45,635 nt of DNA from an uncultured Collinsella sp. (GCA_900545995.1 URBM01000001.1:1-45635), one strand, 5' to 3'. Positions 1 through 9,084 are shown, counted from the stretch's first letter. Notes: generated by a model not told the origin, from the sequence alone. A program made the numbers and translations.

Positions 1-1
1 C

Positions 2-1300
2 GATATTACAGGCGTGCTGTTGGTATCGGCGTTGCTGCTGATGATTATGGCAGTGCGGTTTGAGGTGCTAATTGCCGGCGGCCTGGTGGCGTGCTGTGCG
101 CTGGGCTATTGCGGATCGACCGCCCATGCCAATCTTGCGCGGCGTTTTGCGCAGACGCCCTGCCTGGCGCGCGCCGTGGCGGTTTCCTATGCTGCGGGCA
201 TTTTGGTGCAGGTGCTCAACCATATGGTGATGCCTGCGGGCATTCCCCAGAAGTCTGTTCTCATTGCCTGTGCGATTGCGCTGGTGGGGCTGCTTCACGG
301 TGCCCGCCGCGCTAAATTGCGTGATGAGCCTGCGTCCGAGTTCGAGATTGCCGAGCTATCGGTCGATGCGTCGGAGCGTGGCGCCAGGTGGCACGATGAC
401 CCCGAGGCAAAGGCGGCCTTTCAGGGTGCCGTGGTACGTCTGACGGTGGCGACCGCTTGCCTCACCGGCGTGTTCGCGGCCCTCAATGCCGGCCTTACGA
501 CCTCGCATGCCGCTGGCGCTATCGATCTGGGCGACTGGCCGCGCTTGCTGCTGGTTGTGAGCGCCCTTGCCGCCGGCGTCCTGTATGACCTGCGTGGGCG
601 TTCGTATATGAATATCATCATGACGTGCGCCGCCATGCTGTCCACGCTCTCGTTCTTTGTGCTTATCACCGATGGCAACGGTGGCAACACGCTTGCCGCC
701 ACGATTATCTTTTACCTTGGCACGGGCTTTTTCGTGGTGTTCTTCACCGCGAAGTTCGCCGCGATTTCGATGTATGCCCGCTGGGCGTATCTATGGCCGT
801 GCATGGGCCGTGTTATCAACAACGTTTGCTCGATACTCGTGACGGCTCCGGCGGTGGCGATTGTCTCGAGTCAAAACGTGCTGGCGGCAGTGAGCGTCGT
901 GCTCGTGCTGTTTGTCGGCATCGCGATTTCGCTGTTGGGACAGTTTGGACAAGACGGTGAGGGCGAGGCGACGCACGGCGGGCTGGCGCTTGCCACCGAC
1001 GATCTTGGCGTGAGCTGTGAGCCCGGCCAGGCCGACACGGTGCCCCTGGAGGCGCCGGAGCTTTCGTTTGACGATCGGCTCGATGGCTTCGTTGCCGCCT
1101 TTGGGCTTACCAAGCGCGAGCGCGATGTTCTGGAGGCGCTGGTCGTTTCGGACGGCAGCGTGCAGGACGTGGCGGCGGCACTCTTCCTTTCGCGCTCCAC
1201 GCTCTATCGCCACATCGCTTCGATCAACAAAAAGACCGGTGCCTCCTCGCGCGTAGCCCTCATCAACTTCTTCTGGTCCTGGCACCCCAAGACGAGCTAA
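2..1300 (+). CDS. Membrane-bound LuxR-family transcriptional regulator (multi-TM sensor plus C-terminal HTH), probably 5'-truncated by the window edge
   Basis: Many hydrophobic segments, then a LuxR HTH (GLTKRERDVLEAL...VAAALFLSRSTLYRHIASINKKTGASSR). The frame is open from position 2, so the true start is probably upstream of the window. Confidence 0.85.
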   Translation, partial: DITGVLLVSALLLMIMAVRFEVLIAGGLVACCALGYCGSTAHANLARRFAQTPCLARAVAVSYAAGILVQVLNHMVMPAGIPQKSVLIACAIALVGLLHGARRAKLRDEPASEFEIAELSVDASERGARWHDDPEAKAAFQGAVVRLTVATACLTGVFAALNAGLTTSHAAGAIDLGDWPRLLLVVSALAAGVLYDLRGRSYMNIIMTCAAMLSTLSFFVLITDGNGGNTLAATIIFYLGTGFFVVFFTAKFAAISMYARWAYLWPCMGRVINNVCSILVTAPAVAIVSSQNVLAAVSVVLVLFVGIAISLLGQFGQDGEGEATHGGLALATDDLGVSCEPGQADTVPLEAPELSFDDRLDGFVAAFGLTKRERDVLEALVVSDGSVQDVAAALFLSRSTLYRHIASINKKTGASSRVALINFFWSWHPKTS

Positions 1301-1335
1301 CCACCACAAAGGGGACAGGCACCTTTGTGGTGGTT
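1299..1335. repeat. Palindromic repeat family P1 (AACCACCACAAAGG-ggacaggca-CCTTTGTGGTGGTT), copy 1; may also act as a terminator between convergent genes
   Basis: 14-bp perfect inverted repeat with a GGGGACAGG-containing loop. Further copies at 4085, 32001 and 33325, and a half copy at 32197. Confidence 0.85.
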
Positions 1336-1371
1336 TTGCCCTTGGGCTGTCTACTGTGGCGGCTCACCGTG

Positions 1372-4002
1372 CTACAGCAGCTCGCCGTGGCGGGCAATGT
1401 AGCGGCGCTTTGCCAGTTGGGTGAGCGCGATGTAAGCGGCAACAATGCCGATGAGCAGCACGAAGAAGCTCGGCGGCAGCGGCATGAGGCCCAGCGCATC
1501 GGCGATGGGGCTTGCCGGCAGCCAAGTGACAAGCGCCAAGCCCAGGACGGTGAGCACGCACAGCGCGGGGGCGGCGTGGTCGCACGGGTTCGGCAGGCGC
1601 GGCGAGCGCAGCATGTTGATCACGAGCGTCTGCGACCACATGGACTCGACAAACCAGCCGCTCTGGAAGATCGCGGCGAAGGTCGCCATGCCCGTGACGT
1701 TGCCCGCGGCGGCAAGCTCGGACCAGCTTGCGCCCACGGTGGCAGGGCACACCACAAAGAAGAGCGCGGCGAAGGTCACGATGTCAAACAGCGAGCTCAC
1801 GGGGCCCAGCTCGAGCATAAAGCCCTTGATGGACGCAGCGTCCCAAGCGCGCGGACGGGCGGTCCAGGCGTCGTCGACGGTGTCCCACGGCAGCGCGATG
1901 CATACGATCTCGTAGACCAGCGACAGCAGCACCAGCTGCAGGGCGCTCATGGGCAAAAACGGCAAGAACAGGCTCGCGACGGTCACGGACAGCACGTTGC
2001 CAAAGTTGGAGCTCACCGTGGTCTTGAGGTACTTGAGCAGGTTGCCGTAGGTGCGGCGGCCTTCGATGATGCCGCGCTCGAGCACGCCCAGGTCCTTCTG
2101 AAGCAAGATGATATCGGCGGATTCCTTGGCAATGTCGACGGCCGAATCGACCGAGATGCCGCAGTCGCTCGCGCGCATGGCGGCGGCGTCGTTGATGCCG
2201 TCGCCCATAAAGCCCACGGTGTGGCCGAGCAGCTCGCGCATGACGCGCACCAGGCGCGCCTTCTGCAGCGGCGAGAGCTTGGCGAAGAGGTGGGTTTTCT
2301 CGGCGCGCTCGGCAAGTTCGGCGTCATCGAGCGCATCGATCTCGGAGCCCAGCAAGACGTTGCTCGCGTCGATACCGATCTGCTCGCAGACGGTGGCGGC
2401 GACGCGGTCGTTGTCACCGGTCAGGACCTTGACCGCTACGCCCTTGGCCTCGAGCGTGGCGACGGCGCCCGCGGCACTTGCTTTGGGAGGATCGAGGAAG
2501 GCCAAAAAGCCCATCAGCACCATGTCGCATTCGTCGGCGATGCCAAACTCGCCCACGCAGCGCGGATTGGTTTTCTGCGCCACGGCAATCACGCGCAGGC
2601 CCTCGGCGTTGAGCCCGGCGACCTGCTTGCGAATCTGAGTGAGCTTATCTTCGGTGAGCGGCTGGGCGATGCCATCGATTTCGACAAAGGAGCAGATTTC
2701 GAGCATCTCTTCGGCAGCGCCCTTGGTGACCATCTGGGTTTTGCCTTGGGCGTCGGCTACAACTACGCTCAGGCGACGGCGCGAGAAATCAAAGGGCACC
2801 TCGTCGACCTTGGTGTAGCGGTCGCGCAGGCTCTGGCCCAGCATGGAATCGGGCACGACGGTCGAGGGCGTCACGTCGGCGCGGTCGATTACGGCCAGGT
2901 CGATAAGGTTTTTGAGGCCGGTCTGGAAGAAGCTGTTCAAAAACGCATGGCGCAGCACACGTGCGTCCTCGTTGCCATCGGTGTTGAGGTAACGCTCGAG
3001 CACGATGCGGTCTTCGGTGAGGGTGCCGGTCTTGTCGCAGCACAGCACGTCCATGGCGCCGAGGTTTTGGATCGCCGGCAGCTCCTTGACGATAACCTGA
3101 CGACGAGCGAGGTCCTTGGCGCCCTGTGACAGGCTCGTGGTCACGATGACGGGAAGCATCTGCGGCGTGATACCTACGGCCACGCTCGTGGCGAACAACA
3201 ACGCGTCGATGACGTTGCCCTTGGTGGCGGCGTTGATGGCAAAGACGACAAGCGCCATGGCGGTGCCGTTTTGCACGGAGGTGCCGGTAAAGACGATGTT
3301 CTTGCAGGTAGAGAGCGGCAGCGCAGAGCGATCGGCGCCCTCGACGACGGTGATGGCAGCGGTCTTCTCGACGGCCTCGCTCTCGCCGGTGAGTGCGGAC
3401 TCGATGACAAACAGGTCGCGCGCGGTGATGATGCGGGCGTCGGCCGGCACCATGTCGCCGGCAGAGAGACGGATCACATCGCCGGGGACGAGCTCGTCGA
3501 AGGGGATCTCGGTGCGCTCGCCGTCGCGCAGGGCGGTGCAGGTGTTGGAGACCAGGTCCTTGAGGGCCTCGGCTGCATTGCCGCTGCGGGCTTCCTGGAT
3601 AAACTTCATGCCGCCCGATACCAGCAGCATGATGCCGATGACGATGACCGTGGAGGGGTCGCGCTGCGGCTCGGGCACGGCGAGCACGTCGATGTAGAGC
3701 GAAACCAGCGCGAGCGCGGCGAGGATGCCGGCGAAGGGGTCGATGAACGCGTCGGCGATGCGGCGGGCTAGCGTCTTGGTCGGCGCCTCGATGGTGTTGG
3801 GGCCGACGGCGTCCAGGCGCTCGGTTGCCTGCTCGGCGGTGAGGCCTTTTGCCGTGGCATCGAGCAGCACGGGGGTGTTCTCGGCGCTATGGGTGGCGGC
3901 GAATATAGTGTTCTTGGCAAGGCCGGTGTGAGCGGCAGGGCGCGCCGTGCGGCGGCGCTTGGAGATAGCTTCGAGTACCGTGGCGGTTTTGAGCATCAGC
4001 AT
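1372..4002 (-). CDS. mgtA: Mg2+-importing P-type ATPase (P3B, MgtA/MgtB type), apparently with an in-frame internal deletion
   Basis: TGES, DKTGTLT, TGDN and GDGINDA motifs; IQNLGAMDVLC and SSNFGNVLS signatures; AAGGAGG RBS. The linker plus most of TM3 appears to be missing near 3250. Confidence 0.85.
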   Translation of the reverse strand: MLMLKTATVLEAISKRRRTARPAAHTGLAKNTIFAATHSAENTPVLLDATAKGLTAEQATERLDAVGPNTIEAPTKTLARRIADAFIDPFAGILAALALVSLYIDVLAVPEPQRDPSTVIVIGIMLLVSGGMKFIQEARSGNAAEALKDLVSNTCTALRDGERTEIPFDELVPGDVIRLSAGDMVPADARIITARDLFVIESALTGESEAVEKTAAITVVEGADRSALPLSTCKNIVFTGTSVQNGTAMALVVFAINAATKGNVIDALLFATSVAVGITPQMLPVIVTTSLSQGAKDLARRQVIVKELPAIQNLGAMDVLCCDKTGTLTEDRIVLERYLNTDGNEDARVLRHAFLNSFFQTGLKNLIDLAVIDRADVTPSTVVPDSMLGQSLRDRYTKVDEVPFDFSRRRLSVVVADAQGKTQMVTKGAAEEMLEICSFVEIDGIAQPLTEDKLTQIRKQVAGLNAEGLRVIAVAQKTNPRCVGEFGIADECDMVLMGFLAFLDPPKASAAGAVATLEAKGVAVKVLTGDNDRVAATVCEQIGIDASNVLLGSEIDALDDAELAERAEKTHLFAKLSPLQKARLVRVMRELLGHTVGFMGDGINDAAAMRASDCGISVDSAVDIAKESADIILLQKDLGVLERGIIEGRRTYGNLLKYLKTTVSSNFGNVLSVTVASLFLPFLPMSALQLVLLSLVYEIVCIALPWDTVDDAWTARPRAWDAASIKGFMLELGPVSSLFDIVTFAALFFVVCPATVGASWSELAAAGNVTGMATFAAIFQSGWFVESMWSQTLVINMLRSPRLPNPCDHAAPALCVLTVLGLALVTWLPASPIADALGLMPLPPSFFVLLIGIVAAYIALTQLAKRRYIARHGELL

Positions 4003-4084
4003 AGGGTCCTCCTTGTTGAAGGGAGTTAGCGTACGTGTCGTATTTGCTTCAAAAAACCTAGATGTCGCTCACGTCAAGCTCACG

Positions 4085-4123
4085 AACCACCACAAAGGGG
4101 ACACAGGCACCTTTGTGGTGGTT
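4085..4123. repeat. Palindromic repeat family P1, copy 2
   Basis: AACCACCACAAAGG-ggacacaggca-CCTTTGTGGTGGTT, located in the mgtA leader. Confidence 0.85.
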
Positions 4124-4144
4124 TTGACGATCGGTTCGTGGCGC

Positions 4145-4216
4145 TTATGCGAATACGGAATCCTTGCGGCGTGCCGAGGGCGACATGCAGGTTTTTCGAC
4201 TATGACTGCCTTCCAT
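4145..4216 (-). CDS. Candidate 23-aa leader peptide (uORF) upstream of mgtA: MEGSHSRKTCMSPSARRKDSVFA
   Basis: Perfect AAGGAGGT Shine-Dalgarno (4229-4222) 5 nt before the ATG; lies downstream of a plausible promoter. Confidence 0.45.
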   Translation of the reverse strand: MEGSHSRKTCMSPSARRKDSVFA

Positions 4217-4282
4217 GGCACACCTCCTTAAGGCCGGGCGCAGCGCGCTTTGGGTATCTCGTACCCTTTTTAATTCGCCCGT

Positions 4283-4311
4283 ATTCTTGACGAGGGGGTT
4301 TATCGTGTCAA
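4283..4311 (-). promoter_or_regulatory. Putative sigma70-type promoter for the uORF-mgtA transcript
   Basis: TTGACA (4311-4306), 17 nt, AAGAAT (4288-4283) on the minus strand. Confidence 0.45.
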
Positions 4312-4441
4312 CCCCATTGTTCGGAAAACCATTGCCCCTGACAAAGCCTTTACAGAATGCTGTGGCCTTAAAGCACACCCGCATCGACGCTTCGCCTGCG
4401 CTAAACTGGAAGGCATGTACGCGATTACGAGAGGAGCCCGC

Positions 4442-5125
4442 ATGGAGGCTTACAAGCAAGAGTTCATCAAGTTTATGGTTGAGTCCGACGTTCTTAAGTT
4501 CGGCAGCTTTACGCTCAAGAGCGGCCGTCAGTCCCCGTTCTTTATGAACGCCGGCGCTTACGTGACGGGCTATCAGCTCAAGAAGCTGGGCGAGTATTAC
4601 GCCCAGGCCATCCACGATAACTTTGGCGACGACTTTGATGTGCTGTTTGGACCGGCCTACAAGGGTATTCCGCTGGCCGTCGTGACCGCAATTGCCTACC
4701 ACGAGCTGTACGGCAAGGAGGTCAAGTACTGCTGCGACCGCAAGGAGGCCAAGGACCACGGCGCCGACAAGGGCAACCTGCTGGGCTATGAGCCCCAGGA
4801 CGGCGACCGCGTGGTCATGGTCGAGGACGTTACCACCAGCGGCAAGTCCATCGACGAGACCTATCCCAAGGTTAAGGCTGCTGCCGATGTCGAGATCAAG
4901 GGCCTGATCGTGTCCCTCAACCGCATGGAGGTCGGCAAGGGCGGCGTGACCACCGCGCAGAAGGAGATCGAGGCCAAGTACGGCTTCCCCGTAGCGAGCA
5001 TCGTTTCCATGGCCGAGGTCGTCGAGACCCTCTACAACCACGAGATCGACGGCAAGGTCGTCATCGATGACGAACTCAAGACCGCCATCGACGCCTACTA
5101 CGAGCAGTACGGAGCCCGAGAGTAG
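4442..5125 (+). CDS. pyrE: Orotate phosphoribosyltransferase
   Basis: LKFGSFTLKSGRQSPFF, FGPAYKGIP, RKEAKDHG and VEDVTTSG PRPP motif; GAGGAG RBS before ATG 4442. Confidence 0.95.
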   Translation: MEAYKQEFIKFMVESDVLKFGSFTLKSGRQSPFFMNAGAYVTGYQLKKLGEYYAQAIHDNFGDDFDVLFGPAYKGIPLAVVTAIAYHELYGKEVKYCCDRKEAKDHGADKGNLLGYEPQDGDRVVMVEDVTTSGKSIDETYPKVKAAADVEIKGLIVSLNRMEVGKGGVTTAQKEIEAKYGFPVASIVSMAEVVETLYNHEIDGKVVIDDELKTAIDAYYEQYGARE

Positions 5126-5316
5126 TTACGGCGTTTTACCAAACGCCGTAACCGGCCGACGCTGCGCGCCGCCCAGGGCGACAATTTGTCATTCAAAAGG
5201 CGAGGCATGACCAGAAGGTCAATGCCTCGCCTTTTTCATGCCAACTTGTTCGCCCTGGACGCCGCTCGCTGTCCGTCCTCTTCTTGCGGCGTTGTCTTGC
5301 TCCGGATGGGTAGTCA
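5123..5316. repeat. Structured intergenic repeat family S (~200 nt), copy A
   Basis: Near-identical to 29125-29319 and 8004-8128, with compensatory changes in three stems; begins at the pyrE TAG. Confidence 0.85.
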
Positions 5317-5380
5317 CCTTGCTCGCTCTGGCGGGCTTTCGCTGTCGTTGCCAAAACATCGGCGTTGCCGTTGTTGGGGG

Positions 5381-5463
5381 TAGTCATTGGGGACGTTCTT
5401 AAACGACTAGGCGTTGGGGACGTTCTTGTTTGACTAGTCGTTTAAGAACGTCCCCAATGACTA
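5381..5463. repeat. 30-bp perfect inverted repeat built on the TTGGGGACGTTC motif, with a third motif copy in the loop
   Basis: TAGTCATTGGGGACGTTCTTAAACGACTAG (5381-5410) pairs with 5434-5463; GTTGGGGACGTTC at 5413-5425. Confidence 0.85.
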
Positions 5464-5498
5464 GTTAGAGATAAGCGTTCGAAAATCCACGCTCGTCG

Positions 5499-6353
5499 CT
5501 ACTTGAGCCCGGGCAGGCGGGTGTAGGGGAACGAGCGCTCCAGGAATTCGGAACAGCGGTCGTAGTCTTTGGCAAAGTAGCTGCTGTAGAGCGAATCGAG
5601 CACGTATTGCACGGCGATGTGGCTCGCGAACTGCGTGATGCGATGCGTCATGCTCTCGTGGTCGCTCACCGTAAGGTAGACGGCAAAGCCAGGGTGAATG
5701 CGCGCGCAATAAGGCGTGCCGATGACGATGACCGGGACATGCCGGCTGCTGAGGATCGGCAAGATGTCCTTGAGGTTGGGGGCAAGGCCGCTGTAGGAGA
5801 TGACGATTGCCACATGGCCGGGGCCCGAGGCGAGTGCTGTTCGCACCTGGGCCTCGACACCGTCGTGGCACGTCGCGCTTTTACCGGCGGAGAGCAGGCG
5901 ATCGCGGAACATTCCCGCTGGATAGAGGTTGTGCGAGCCCGTGTAGATGTCGACCTGTCGGGCGTTCGCGATGAGCTTGGCGGCGTGGTCAAGCTGCGCG
6001 GGGTCGAGCAGCTCCTGCGTCTCGGCCAATGTGGTCTGGTAGAGCCCCTCCATGCGTTCCATAACCTGTGCAGGGGTGGACGTAGCATCGAAGGGAAAGT
6101 TGATATCCACGTCGCGGCGGTTTCCTGCCTCGGTTGCCAGGCGAATAAGCTCGACCTTGAGATCCTTGAAGCCCTCGAGGCCGAGCTTTTTGCAAAAACG
6201 GTGCACGCTCGCGACCGAAACGTTGGTGCGCGCGGCAAATTCCTTAATAGAAAGTCCACGGATGTCCTCGCCGATGGCAAGGGCTGCAATGCCGAGTTGT
6301 TGCTCGGTAGGGGTGAGGCCCTGCGCCTCGGTGATCTTGCGTTTGATATCCAT
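5499..6353 (-). CDS. MurR/RpiR-family transcriptional regulator (HTH plus SIS)
   Basis: LSIKEFAARTNVSVASVHRFCKKLGLEGFKDLK HTH; ISYSG SIS motif. Confidence 0.9.
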   Translation of the reverse strand: MDIKRKITEAQGLTPTEQQLGIAALAIGEDIRGLSIKEFAARTNVSVASVHRFCKKLGLEGFKDLKVELIRLATEAGNRRDVDINFPFDATSTPAQVMERMEGLYQTTLAETQELLDPAQLDHAAKLIANARQVDIYTGSHNLYPAGMFRDRLLSAGKSATCHDGVEAQVRTALASGPGHVAIVISYSGLAPNLKDILPILSSRHVPVIVIGTPYCARIHPGFAVYLTVSDHESMTHRITQFASHIAVQYVLDSLYSSYFAKDYDRCSEFLERSFPYTRLPGLK

Positions 6354-6601
6354 GCGAACTCCCGCACTCGCTAAACCGGCTAAAAGGGGACAGGCTTATT
6401 TTGGCACGTTTCGGCCGGTATCAGGAAGTGTCAGGGACGGGGCGGCGGCAGGACTCGAGAACGAAAAGAAGTGTCGGGTTTTGCGCGCCCGCTTCTGCCC
6501 GTCCCGTACGCGGGCGATACTCGGCTTATCGACCCGCGATGCAAAGGAGATGCTCATCCCACGAGCACTACCGGGAAGGGCTCGCGATTCGAGTCCTCAC
6601 C

Positions 6602-6658
6602 TTAGCATTTGAACCATTTGGCACTATAATCACCATAGGCATGCGCAAAACGTTGCGC
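6602..6658 (+). promoter_or_regulatory. Putative promoter of the PTS EIIA gene with a downstream palindromic operator
   Basis: TTAGCA (6602), 17 nt, TATAAT (6625); palindrome GCGCAA-AACG-TTGCGC (6643-6658) resembling LacI-family sites. Confidence 0.45.
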
Positions 6659-6679
6659 TTAATCAAGAGGAGAAAACGT

Positions 6680-7216
6680 ATGGGTCTGTTTGACATGTTC
6701 AAGAAGAAGGCTGAGCCCGCGGCAGCTGCTGCTCCGGCCTCCATCTCTGCTTCTGCCGGCGCCGACGTGTTGTGCTCGCCCGTCAAGGGCAAGGTCATCA
6801 AGATGGCCGACGTGCCCGATCCCGTCTTTGGTGGCGAGGTTCTGGGCAAGGGCTGCGCCGTGTGGCCCGAGGACGACCTGGTCTACGCTCCCTGTGACGG
6901 CAAGGTGACCGTCACTATGGGTCACGCCGTGGGCCTGCAGTCCGATAGCGGCATCGAGGTTCTGGTGCACGTTGGCGTCGATACCGTCAACATGAACGGC
7001 GACGGCTTCGAGGGCTTCGTCAAGGCCGACGACGTCGTGAAGGCCGGCCAGCCCATGCTCAAGATCGACCGCGCCAAGATTGCCGCTGCCGGTTACAAGG
7101 ATTGCGTCGTCGTGGCCGTGTCCAACACCGCCGAGTTTGCCGACGTCGAGCTCGCCGTCGAGGCTGAGTCTGCCGTCGCCGCCGGTGACGCCATCGTTAA
7201 GGTCGTTCGCAAGTAG
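6680..7216 (+). CDS. PTS glucose-family EIIA component
   Basis: VPDPVFGGEVLGKG, GHAVG and LVHVGVDTV phospho-His motif; GAGGAG RBS. Confidence 0.92.
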   Translation: MGLFDMFKKKAEPAAAAAPASISASAGADVLCSPVKGKVIKMADVPDPVFGGEVLGKGCAVWPEDDLVYAPCDGKVTVTMGHAVGLQSDSGIEVLVHVGVDTVNMNGDGFEGFVKADDVVKAGQPMLKIDRAKIAAAGYKDCVVVAVSNTAEFADVELAVEAESAVAAGDAIVKVVRK

Positions 7217-7239
7217 ACTGCGACAACATAAGGATGTGC

Positions 7240-7272
7240 AAGGGCGGTCGGGTTATCCGGCCGCCCTTTTTT
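7240..7272 (+). terminator. Intrinsic terminator
   Basis: AAGGGCGGTCGG/CCGGCCGCCC stem followed by a T run. Confidence 0.75.
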
Positions 7273-7448
7273 AATAGGCCTAGCAGGTGCATTTTATTGC
7301 AGGGGGTTTGCTTTACAGGCCATTCGCTCGTCAAATTGAGCCGTCTGCGCTTTTGCGACGCAGGGGTTGGGCCGGGCCGCTAATATGGACTTGCTGTTAC
7401 GACGTGCGCTGTGCGGGGAACGCGGCGCCGCTTGTTTGGAGGAATGTC

Positions 7449-8006
7449 ATGAAAAAGAAGCTGCTGCTTGCGCCCCTGATGGCCGCTTTGGTTGCGTGCG
7501 TGGTTTTGCTTTCCGGCTGCGGAGGGCCTTCGGTGGAGGAGCTCATCACCAGCGACCTTACGAGCCAGTTTGACGAGATCAAGAACGGCGGCGATGACTT
7601 CCTCTCCGGTCTGAAAGAGGCTTCGGGCGACGAGTTTGAGCAGCTGGGCATCGATCCCAAGGAGTACGCCAAGAGCTATCTCGAGGGTTTTGATTACAAG
7701 ATCGGCGACGTGACGGTCGACGAGGACAAGGGTACCGCGACTGCCGAAGTCACCATCACTTGCAAGTCCATGAACAAGATCGTCGAAGATTTCGCCACCC
7801 AGTATCAGGAGAAGATTGCAGCGCTCGACGAGCTGCCGTCCGAGGACAACCTGTACAAACTTGCCGGCCAGGTGATGGTCGATGTGACCAAGGCCGCCAA
7901 GCCCAAGGACACCAAGGTTACCTTTAAGTATTCCGCCAACGAGGATAACGAGTGGTCTGCCGACGATTCCGCAACCACCGAGATGATGAATGCGATGATG
8001 AGCTAG
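7449..8006 (+). CDS. Lipoprotein of unknown function
   Basis: MKKK, hydrophobic stretch, LSGC lipobox; GGAGG RBS. Confidence 0.8.
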   Translation: MKKKLLLAPLMAALVACVVLLSGCGGPSVEELITSDLTSQFDEIKNGGDDFLSGLKEASGDEFEQLGIDPKEYAKSYLEGFDYKIGDVTVDEDKGTATAEVTITCKSMNKIVEDFATQYQEKIAALDELPSEDNLYKLAGQVMVDVTKAAKPKDTKVTFKYSANEDNEWSADDSATTEMMNAMMS

Positions 8007-8128
8007 TTCGTTGCGGCGTTTTACCAAACGCCGCAACTGCTCGACGCTGTAAACGCCCAGGACGATAGTTTGTCATGAAAAAGGCGAGGCACGACCAGAA
8101 GGTCTATGCCTCGCCTTTTTCATGACAA
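8004..8128. repeat. Family S copy B (3'-truncated, running into 30-bp tandem repeats)
   Basis: GTTGCGGCGTTT-TACC-AAACGCCGCAAC and AAAAAGGCGAGGCA..TGCCTCGCCTTTTT stems shared with copies A and C. Confidence 0.8.
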
Positions 8129-8200
8129 GGTGGCAGTTGGGGACGTTCCTCATGACAAGGTGACAGTTGGGTGTTCCTATAGTTTTGTCAACCGTCGGGG

Positions 8201-9053
8201 CTACTCCCGGTAGGGCACCCGGTCGCGCATCACGGCGTATATCGCCCTGAGCCGCTTCCTCGCGACGGCCTTGAGCGCCCGCCCGTGCCCCATGCCCCGC
8301 GCCCTGCAGGCCCGGTAGTACTCGCCGTAGCGCCCCGAGGACCTCACCAGGCTGTTGCACGAGAAGATCAGCAGGGACTTGAGCCTCGCGTCGCCGCGCC
8401 TGGACGCCCTGACCGACCTCACCGACGTGCCGGAGCTCCTCACCCTCGGGGCTATGCCGCAGTACGAGGCCAGGTGGTCGTGGTCCGGGAACCTCCCGAT
8501 GTCGACCGACACCGCGAGCTGCGCCGCGGTCCTCGGGCCGATGCCGGGCACGGTGAGCAGACACGCGTAGGTCTCGTCGCCCTCGAGCAGCGCCGCCGTC
8601 TCGGCCTCGAGGGCCCCGGCCTCGTCGAGGGCCTCCGATATCCGGGCGGCCAGGAACCTGACCTGCCTGTTCTCGGCCTCGACGAGCGCCGGCGGGGGGC
8701 GCGGTGGAGGCGGCCGCGGCCTCCCCGGCGGCCTCGGCCCGCGGGCCCTCGGCCCCGGAGCGGGCGATCCCCCACGCCCCGCCGAACCCGGCGAGCCCGG
8801 GCAGGTGGGCGACCCCGAGCCCCGCGGCGCGGGCCCGCCTCACGGCGAGGGACCCTATGTTGCGGAACTGGTCGACGACGACGAGCGTGCCGGCGGGCGC
8901 GGAGGCGAACAGCGCGTCGAGCTCGGCCTCCCTGTTGCGGACGGGGGCGCTGGCCAGCACCTCCCCGTCGCGGTCGATCAGGCAGGCCCAGTGCGACGAC
9001 TTGCCGACGTCCAGGCCGAGCACGGCCGCGGGTCTGGTGGATGGCGCTTTCAC
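8201..9053 (-). pseudogene. IS110 recombinase pseudogene
   Basis: N-terminus GLDVGKSSHWA...VVVDQ (GTG start after GGAAGGA). C-terminus VPGIGPRTAA...YCGIAPRVRSSG...KAVARKRLRAIYAVMRD lies in another frame (shift near the homopolymer at 8694-8699). The KTD..DA segment is absent after LPGLA. Confidence 0.85.
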
Positions 9054-9084
9054 GGTGGTATCCTTCCGGTAGTCGTTCGACCGG

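Noticed and set aside
4003..4280. M-box (ykoK) riboswitch before mgtA
   Set aside because: No recognisable conserved M-box segments by eye; a covariance-model scan is needed to exclude it formally.
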